Assembly: GCF_000142905.1 (NCBI RefSeq)
Contig: NW_013657598.1
Coordinates: 1-14,204 of the forward strand
From: Thecamonas trahens ATCC 50062
Taxonomy: Eukaryota > Protista > Apusomonadida
Direction: 5' to 3'
DNA length: 14,204 bases
In this document: positions 7,813-14,204 of the stretch, piece after piece
Numbering within the stretch: position 1 is the first letter of the stretch
How the letters are laid out: each line of letters begins with the position of its first letter
Translations under genes and position numbers: made by a program
Notes under the pieces: model-generated
What the model was told of the DNA's origin: nothing
The model's database searches: none
The model's input: the letters and a program-made list of their open reading frames with translations, nothing else

Positions 7813-8466
7813 TCAGGAGCGATGGCCTGTTGTGGCGGTCGGCTGCTGGAGGAGCGGGTTGTCGAGGCGGACGCGGACGAGCTCGATGACGTCGTCCGGA
7901 ATGACCGAGCCGTCAACGAGGAAGAACTTGTGGACAAAGGAGCCATTGACGCGGAGCCACCATGCGTGGTAGTTGTCGGCAGCATGGCCCATGACCGAGA
8001 CGACGGCCGAGAATCGGCGGCCTTCCGCTTCTGCCGGTGCCTCTAGCAACTGGAGCTCCGGATGGGCCATGTTGAGGCAAGTAAAGAGCTCAGTGACCGA
8101 GAGCTTTGACCGGGGGGTGGAGACCCACGAGGCGAGCGAGGACTCGGACGAGTCGACCCGCTCCATTGATGTTGTTGTGCTCTTCGGAGACGATGACAAG
8201 CCCGGTGATCTTGGTGAGCCTGGTGAGCCGTGCGTGTCTCCGGAGAGGAGGCTGGCAGAGCCACCCGCCGCAGTGACTGCGGTGGCTGCCGGTGGTGGTG
8301 CGAGGTTGGCCGACGACGGCGCGAGGGCAAAGGAGACGGGCGTGGAGGAAGGCGAGAGGAGGACTTCGAGGGCATACCCGCGCTGCACCGTGGAGTAGTA
8401 GTGCTTGGGCAGTTGCCGCTTGGGTGAGGCAGGCAGCTGCGGCTTGCGTGACGAGCCACAGCCCAT
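7813..8466 (-). CDS. MGCxxS dual-acylated protein with a C-terminal DUF4430/transcobalamin-C-like beta-grasp domain, copy 1 (217 aa)
   Basis: ATG at 8466 in a perfect gccgccATGg context gives MGCGSS. A Ser/Pro-rich linker is followed by SVTELFTCLNMAHPEL...AVVSVMGHAADNYHAWWLRVNG...VIPDDVIELVRV. Confidence 0.82.
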   Translation of the reverse strand: MGCGSSRKPQLPASPKRQLPKHYYSTVQRGYALEVLLSPSSTPVSFALAPSSANLAPPPAATAVTAAGGSASLLSGDTHGSPGSPRSPGLSSSPKSTTTSMERVDSSESSLASWVSTPRSKLSVTELFTCLNMAHPELQLLEAPAEAEGRRFSAVVSVMGHAADNYHAWWLRVNGSFVHKFFLVDGSVIPDDVIELVRVRLDNPLLQQPTATTGHRS

Positions 8467-8814
8467 GGCGGCAGTCGGGTGTACCCCTGCCACGGCAATG
8501 CGGAGGATGACGCGACTCGCCCATTCTGACCCACTTTCGATTGGCAAAACTGCTCCTCCCGGCACGCGTGGGTTGCATGTCGTTGCGAGAGTGGGTTTGT
8601 TTTCCGTCGAGGTCGGCTTTGGGGATCGAGGCTCGCTGACTATGGTTCTTTTTCAAGGAGATGGTGCTGTGCCAGAGGCGAGGGATGGGGCAGCGTACAT
8701 GCTGGCTCGTGGAAGAGGCTGCGCGATAGCGATGACGAGGGGAGGGCGCGCGGAAGAGGTGCGGCAGTTTGTTGTAGTTGCAAAGATGGCTCCACCACCG
8801 GGTCAGGTCGGATC

Positions 8815-8858
8815 ATTGGCCCAATAGTCTGTTTCCCAATTTCGCCTCCAATCACGTG
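8815..8858. promoter_or_regulatory. CCAAT-box cluster with an overlapping CACGTG E-box, upstream of the 7813-8466 gene
   Basis: ATTGG at 8815, CCAAT at 8821, 8836 and 8848, and CCAATCACGTG at 8848-8858, all in an intergenic region. Function is inferred from NF-Y/bHLH consensus motifs only. Confidence 0.4.
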
Positions 8859-9051
8859 GTCTCCTAGTTGGACGCAGTCCAGGGAGGCAATCACCGGAGT
8901 TGTGACGATCGTAATTGCCTCCCTAGACTCTGGCAACGTACTCGAACAAGCAACGGTGGTCCCGCCGTGGACGAAAGCTATGCGTTTTGTAGTGAAATCT
9001 GTCTGATGGTCGCGCGTGGTCCGGGCGCGCTCCAAGCGCGGTACGTATGGG

Positions 9052-10014
9052 CTAGATCGCGTAGGTGGGCGTCTGGGTGCTCCACGTTTTCAGCCTTGTG
9101 TCCGCGGCTGAACGTGAGTAGACCGAGGTAGAAACAGGCATGGCCGGGTTGGCTTGGCAGATGTGGTTGTCGGACAAGGCGTGCGAGAGTGGCTCGATGC
9201 TGCCCGCTTGACTGCTGTGCGGCGTGGTGGGTGGTGACGGGCGCTGAGCAACAACTATGTCCGAGTGCTTCCGCGGCGACGGCGTGAGCAAGCCAGCTGA
9301 AGTGCTCTCTGTACGGGTACTTGCCAGATTGGGCTGGATGGCGGTGATGATGTCGGCCCGGGTTGGGCGAGTGCTGAAGCGGACGACAGACAGGGCCGCC
9401 CGCGGCACAAGGGCGAGTTCGAGCACATCACCAGGCATGACCGACCGACAGGTCGCGGCCTTGTGAACGCCATGCATCTCCATGCCGTTGAGCGAGAGGC
9501 GCCACCCTTGCTCGGCGCAACTCCCCCATCCACCAGCAGAGATGACGGCGGCGACCGGCTCGGGAGATGGCAGCTCGACGTCAGCCGCGCCAACGTGAAT
9601 GTCATTGCAGTTTGTGACTGCCTGCATCGCCTGTTGCCGCCATCCCCCCGCTGAGTGTAGGCACCACTCGGTGCCGAGGTTGATGTCGAGGTCGGGATGA
9701 AGAACAGCGAGGGCAGCGATGACGCCCAGTGGCGTGATGCGACCCTGGAAGAACCAGGCGCCAGATTCGGCATTGCGCTCGGCAACGATGTCATGTAGCG
9801 CATCGACTTCTGATGCTAGCTCGTACCTGGCCTCGTCGGGGCCAAAGCTAATGACGATGGTGAGACTGGTCAGCGTTGACTCGGCAGCCGCGAGGCATGG
9901 GTTTGGCGAAACGGCATTGGCCGATTTCGCTTCGTGGTCACGATGAAGTGGTGCGGCATGGACAATGATGTGCCGGCCACCAACATCCGCAGAGCGTGAC
10001 GAGCTGCACCCCAT
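9052..10014 (-). CDS. MGCxxS dual-acylated protein with a DUF4430-like beta-grasp domain, copy 2 (320 aa)
   Basis: Starts MGCSSS. Domain ITPLGVIAALAVLHPDL...AAVISAGG...QGWRLSLNG...VMPGDVLELALVP, followed by a Ser/Thr/Pro-rich tail. Confidence 0.82.
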   Translation of the reverse strand: MGCSSSRSADVGGRHIIVHAAPLHRDHEAKSANAVSPNPCLAAAESTLTSLTIVISFGPDEARYELASEVDALHDIVAERNAESGAWFFQGRITPLGVIAALAVLHPDLDINLGTEWCLHSAGGWRQQAMQAVTNCNDIHVGAADVELPSPEPVAAVISAGGWGSCAEQGWRLSLNGMEMHGVHKAATCRSVMPGDVLELALVPRAALSVVRFSTRPTRADIITAIQPNLASTRTESTSAGLLTPSPRKHSDIVVAQRPSPPTTPHSSQAGSIEPLSHALSDNHICQANPAMPVSTSVYSRSAADTRLKTWSTQTPTYAI

Positions 10015-10206
10015 TCGAGGACGTCCGTGGGCCGACGGAGCTGGGCACGAGGTGCTTGGATGGCTCCGTCAAAGTGAACTGTGCGATGGCTCTGAGGTGC
10101 GGATGCGGCAGTCCGTCACCTGACCCGATGGACGGCAAAACGTAAGTGTGGCCAAAAAGGTACGTTTTTTACACGACTCCTTATCTGCCAAACCTTTTTT
10201 CTCGCT

Positions 10207-11211
10207 TCACATCGACGAGTACGGCCCGCTCAAGGCCGGGGTGGGCGACGGCGTTGAGGCCAGCTCCGAGTCGCACAAAGCGAAATGAGCCTGGTTGACC
10301 AGCATATTCGCCTCGTCGAACAAAGATGCGATGTCGAGATACGGGCTCGGAGTGTCGGTCGGCGAAATGGTGGTTGGGGCGCGCGGGACGGCGCGAACGG
10401 TAGCGTCGGCGCCAAAGCACACACGGCTGGTCGTGTCACAATCTGGCACAACGTCGTCTGACATCATCGACCGATTGGTTGGAAACTCGCAGGTGCGTGA
10501 ACCTGCCGGCGACGATGTGCCTGCTGAGGGATAGCAGCTTGAGTCAGACATGTGCGGGAGGCGCGGGCAGGCGAACGTGCGCGGGCGCCGAAGCGAGGAG
10601 CGAGCGACAAAGACGAGCTCGATGACGTCACCCGAAAAGACATCGTTGAGCGCGACTTCGGCCAGCTCGCACTCGATGCCGTTGAGCAACATGCGCCAAG
10701 CATGGCTCTCATCGGCACAAACGTTGTTGATGGCGGTGACCGCGGCGATCGGGCGGGCAACCTTGTTGTAGACGGGGGGCAACCACTCCGACTTTTGACT
10801 GATGACCAGATCACCATATTTGACCTGAACAGCGTTAAGCAAGTTGCCGACAGTCATAGAGTAGACCAAGCCCGAGCTCTCGGTGTCAACGCCGGGGTAT
10901 TCGGCTCCGGAGAAGGGGACGAGGCGACCGTGGCAACTCTTGAACGCGGCCGTGTCAGAGGTGCGGGTGTAGGCGGTCAAACCATTTCTCGCTTGAAAAG
11001 GCCTTGACCGTTCGTTTGACAGGTTAAAATCTGCGTATTCCGGACAAAGAACGTACCCGCTCGGCAGGCGGCGGGTAGAGTAGTCGACACGGACCACGAG
11101 GGGCTTGCTAGCGAGCGTGGACATGCGCGATGTCACGACTTGTGGCCCCACTAGGCGGGGCAGAGTCTCGAGCTTGGAAGGCAATGTGTTGCGGGACGTG
11201 CCACACCCCAT
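10207..11211 (-). CDS. MGCxxS dual-acylated protein with a DUF4430-like beta-grasp domain, copy 3 (334 aa)
   Basis: ATG at 11211 (caccATGg) gives MGCGTS, and there is an in-frame upstream ATG at 11280. Domain MTVGNLLNAVQVKYGDL...AAVTAINNVCADESHAWRMLLNG...VFSGDVIELVFV. Confidence 0.82.
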   Translation of the reverse strand: MGCGTSRNTLPSKLETLPRLVGPQVVTSRMSTLASKPLVVRVDYSTRRLPSGYVLCPEYADFNLSNERSRPFQARNGLTAYTRTSDTAAFKSCHGRLVPFSGAEYPGVDTESSGLVYSMTVGNLLNAVQVKYGDLVISQKSEWLPPVYNKVARPIAAVTAINNVCADESHAWRMLLNGIECELAEVALNDVFSGDVIELVFVARSSLRRPRTFACPRLPHMSDSSCYPSAGTSSPAGSRTCEFPTNRSMMSDDVVPDCDTTSRVCFGADATVRAVPRAPTTISPTDTPSPYLDIASLFDEANMLVNQAHFALCDSELASTPSPTPALSGPYSSM

Positions 11212-11343
11212 GGTGTTTTCACAGCAAGAGGAGGTGGGAAGAAAAGTGGCTCGCGAACTACGGTAAAGGTGGTCGGACATGGCTCACGTTTGCTACCGAG
11301 ACCGGATGCCGTCGTTTCGCCATTACGTGAAAAAGGAGAGCAA

Positions 11344-11949
11344 TCAATCACAGACGCTCCCACCGAGTGTTGGCGGGCAGCGCGGCCGGCCAGGAACCCG
11401 CACCAGTTGGATGTCGTCAAGGGCGGTGACGTGGCCGAGGGCAACGCGAGCGTAGTCAACACGCACGCCATTGATCCGCAGCATCCACTTGGCGGTTGGG
11501 GTGGACGGTAGGCCGGCGACGGCGACAATGGTCGCGGCGCAAGTGCTCATCTCGCGGTCCCACACGGTGGCCTCGACGAGACCCAATTTGGGGAACTCAC
11601 TGGCAAAAATAGCCAGCAAGTCGGATACGGTCACCCGCAGCACGCCAGAGTCATCATAGTATGCATCCGTGGCGGTTGGTGTGATCGCGAGTGTGGCCCG
11701 CGCAGAGAGGGTAGCCAGAAGGGAGACAGCCGAAGGCGAGGAGATGAGGTCTTCAGCGGGAATTGAGCCTGGCAGAACGCCCGTCCCCAACTGCCTCACT
11801 CGCTCGAGAGAAAGTGTCACGTCGAGCATGGGCCGACTGCCGCAAATGTCGACCACATGGAGAACAAAGTCCGTCGTGCCAGGAGCAGACTCTCTGACTC
11901 TAACCGTACCGGGTGGTTCTGCAACTGGACGGGATGCGCCACATCCCAT
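11344..11949 (-). CDS. MGCxxS dual-acylated protein with a DUF4430-like beta-grasp domain, copy 4 (201 aa)
   Basis: First ATG at 11949 gives MGCGAS. Domain VTVSDLLAIFASEFPKL...ATIVAVAGLPSTPTAKWMLRING...VTALDDIQLVRV. Confidence 0.82.
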   Translation of the reverse strand: MGCGASRPVAEPPGTVRVRESAPGTTDFVLHVVDICGSRPMLDVTLSLERVRQLGTGVLPGSIPAEDLISSPSAVSLLATLSARATLAITPTATDAYYDDSGVLRVTVSDLLAIFASEFPKLGLVEATVWDREMSTCAATIVAVAGLPSTPTAKWMLRINGVRVDYARVALGHVTALDDIQLVRVPGRPRCPPTLGGSVCD

Positions 11950-12230
11950 ATTGCACAGCTGTGAGAGGTGTTTCTGGTTGCTGTAGCGAGCCTTGACCTC
12001 TACAAATCCCGCAGCCAATCAAAACAAAAGGTACGTTCTTGGCTCGTGTTGCCGGGGCGGTGAGAGCGGGCCTTGTCCCACACGCCATGCGTGATTGGTG
12101 GTTGGCGCAAGAGTGCTGTCGACTGCTATCAGCCAAGCACTCGACAGCCGCCACGCGGAGGTAGACTAGAGTCAACTAGGCAATCAGTGGCTCGTGGAGG
12201 CTCCAAAGTGGTCTCATTGCCGACGGCGGC

Positions 12231-13898
12231 TCAATCGGCGGTGAGGACGGCGAGCAGGTCGGTGACGGCCGGTCGGTCCGAAGGCTCCTGGGCCCAGCAT
12301 GAGGTCATGAGTTCGTGGAGCGGGTGACTGAGGCTCAAGGCGGCTGATGAAGGGCGCCGACCGTCGGTAACAATAGCAAAGATGACGGCGAGCGGATCCG
12401 AGCCGGCAAACGGCGGCTCGCGGGCGCCGAGAAAGTAAAGCAGCATGCCAAAGGCGTAGATATCGACAGCGGCGCCGTACGGCTTGCCGGCAAGAATCTC
12501 TGGCGCCATGTACGCAGGCGTCCCGATTCGAGTCTGAGCCGAGCTCTCGGCGTCGGCCATCCGGCGCGAGATGCCAAAGTCGCAGAGGACCGCCCGGCCG
12601 TGCTCGTCGACCAGCACGTTGCCGGGCTTCAGATCACGGTGGATGATCGGCGGCGACGCGAGGTGCAGGTGGGCGAGGCCCGAGGCAATGTCCCGTGCTG
12701 TCCGCACTAGCGCCGCGCCCTCGCAGCAGAGCTCGGGAACAGCAGCGACAGCCTGCGCGAGGTTGTACGGCAGGTACGGCATGACAAGAAATGGCCGCTC
12801 CGCCGACGAGCACACACCAAGACATGCCACGATGTTGGGATGGCGCAGCTTGAGCAGAAGCGCCACTTCCGAGTAGAAGACCTGAAGCGTGGCGGCAGAG
12901 ACCTTGTGCAACCGCTTGACCGCCACCGGTGTCCCACGCCACCGGCCGCGCTTGACCTCGCCAAACGTGCCCATGCCCAACGGCTCGCCCAGCTCCAGCT
13001 CGAGCGGCTGGATCTCCCACTGCGCAAGCAGCGCCTGCTTGGCAGCGCGCTCGGCGGCAGTGTCCATCCGTAACCGCGCCTTGCGGCCCACACCAGCCGC
13101 GCCCTCCTGCGCTCTGCAACCACCGTCGTCGTCATTGGAGCTCTCTGCCGCGCTTGCCGAGTCGCTCGTGCAAGCCACTGCCGTCTTAAACGCCGATGGC
13201 GGCGCAGTGAAGCTGCCGTCAAGCGGCTCGGTCGCCGATGACGACGACGCAGAGCAGGCCGCTGGTCTTTCCGTCACAACCTCGGTGAGCGAGCTCGTCG
13301 CCGAGCCCGACTCTGGGCCAGAGTGAGAATTCGAGGCGGTGCCCACGGCCTGGGTTGCGTCGTCGGACGACTCGGATTCGCCGCGCCCGTCGCTGCCGGC
13401 TTCGTGTGGATGCCAGAACATGGCAGCGTGCCGCAGATTCTTGCGCCAGCGGTAGCACGACGTACCGTACCGACACACGCGGCGCTTGGCGCTCGGGGCG
13501 CGCGAGCATGCAACATCGTCGTCGTCCCCGCTGCCTCCTGCCGCCGCCCGCCGCCGCTTCAAGCTCGGTGGCGGCTGGCTTGCCTCGATCCGCACCGTAA
13601 GCAGCGGTGCACCACGGACAAGTCGGACGCCATCGCCGTCGGTCAGGCAGACGGCCGCCCCAGCCGCCAGTCGCGACACAGCCGCCGCCGCCGCCATCGT
13701 CACTTCCGCCGCATTGGCGCCGAGTTGGTGGAGCTCAAGCGCGCCGGCAACCGCATCAAAGCTCAGTCGCACCTGCCGCCGAGAGCACCGTCGCGCAGCG
13801 TCGCCGGCGGCCGGGCCACGGCCCAGAACAGTAATACCGGGAGGCAGCGGAACCCTCAGGCCACCAGCGCCCTCTAGCCAAGCCACGTGAGTCGTCAT
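12231..13898 (-). CDS. FHA (APLF/PNKP/aprataxin type) - PBZ zinc finger - TKL-group protein kinase (555 aa)
   Basis: First ATG at 13898. FHA: VLGRGP...RCSRRQV...LHQLGAN...LTDGDGVRL. PBZ: CRYGTSCYRWRKNLRHAAMFWH (13410-13475). The kinase has all catalytic motifs: GMGTFGEV, VAVK, alphaC Glu (FYSEV), HRDLKPGN, DFG, GTPAYMAPE, DIYAFG, CWAQEPSDRP, plus the TKL-type WEI...GRWRGTPVAVK start. Confidence 0.93.
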   Translation of the reverse strand: MTTHVAWLEGAGGLRVPLPPGITVLGRGPAAGDAARRCSRRQVRLSFDAVAGALELHQLGANAAEVTMAAAAAVSRLAAGAAVCLTDGDGVRLVRGAPLLTVRIEASQPPPSLKRRRAAAGGSGDDDDVACSRAPSAKRRVCRYGTSCYRWRKNLRHAAMFWHPHEAGSDGRGESESSDDATQAVGTASNSHSGPESGSATSSLTEVVTERPAACSASSSSATEPLDGSFTAPPSAFKTAVACTSDSASAAESSNDDDGGCRAQEGAAGVGRKARLRMDTAAERAAKQALLAQWEIQPLELELGEPLGMGTFGEVKRGRWRGTPVAVKRLHKVSAATLQVFYSEVALLLKLRHPNIVACLGVCSSAERPFLVMPYLPYNLAQAVAAVPELCCEGAALVRTARDIASGLAHLHLASPPIIHRDLKPGNVLVDEHGRAVLCDFGISRRMADAESSAQTRIGTPAYMAPEILAGKPYGAAVDIYAFGMLLYFLGAREPPFAGSDPLAVIFAIVTDGRRPSSAALSLSHPLHELMTSCWAQEPSDRPAVTDLLAVLTAD

Positions 13899-14204
13899 GT
13901 GGATTGTGGCGGGCAACAGATCCGTGGCGGGGAGTGATCAGTCTCGGGCTCCTCCGATCCAACCACCGCTGGACTGTATCAGATCAACGATCTGCGTGGT
14001 CGTCTCACTTCCTCTCTTCTCCGCTCAGTCTCCTTTGTGTGCGGCACAAACTGCGAGCTAGGCACTTGCGCCCACAATGACTACGACGTATCGTCAGACA
14101 AGAGTCAGGACGACAGTCGCGTGCGCCGTGCACCTCGCCAAGCTCCCTCGAGTAGAAGGAGGAGCAACGGTCGTCAAGCTATAGGGAAGGAGGGATGGGG
14201 GGGA

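Noticed and set aside
8467-8565. N-terminal extensions from GTG/TTG starts in the ORF track (8565, 12018, 13916, 4304, 1868)
   Set aside because: Eukaryotic locus. Downstream ATGs have good context, and at 8466 and 11949 they expose the conserved MGCxxS motif.
8640-9035. 131-aa minus-strand ORF between array copies 1 and 2
   Set aside because: TTG start, no MGC motif or shared domain, and it overlaps the CCAAT-rich promoter-like region.
14000-14204. Possible terminal exon of an upstream minus-strand gene after a pyrimidine tract + CTATAG (about 14180)
   Set aside because: Short open frames with no recognisable protein. It cannot be supported without sequence beyond the window.
1-14204. Prokaryotic systems (operon, CRISPR array, riboswitch), tRNA/rRNA or transposase
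   Set aside because: No repeat-spacer array, RNA gene signature or transposase motif was seen. Gene content, Kozak-like starts and microsatellites indicate a eukaryote.

Overview
GC-rich, gene-dense, nearly intron-free eukaryotic DNA, probably from a unicellular protist (the style resembles an apusomonad such as Thecamonas, which is inference only), with a 100-N scaffold gap at 7472-7571. Nine likely genes: an RNI-like LRR protein (-); two tandem paralogous coiled-coil proteins (+) sharing an unrecognised ~170-aa C-terminal domain; a Cramped/CRAMP1/TKI1-like protein (-); a tandem array of four highly diverged paralogs (-), each starting with an MGCxxS dual-acylation motif and carrying a DUF4430/transcobalamin-C-like beta-grasp domain; and an APLF-type FHA + PBZ zinc finger + TKL kinase fusion (-). 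The most notable signals are the four-gene lipid-anchored beta-grasp array and the FHA-PBZ-kinase, a candidate poly(ADP-ribose)-recruited kinase. All family assignments are from motif recognition by eye, and no searches were run.
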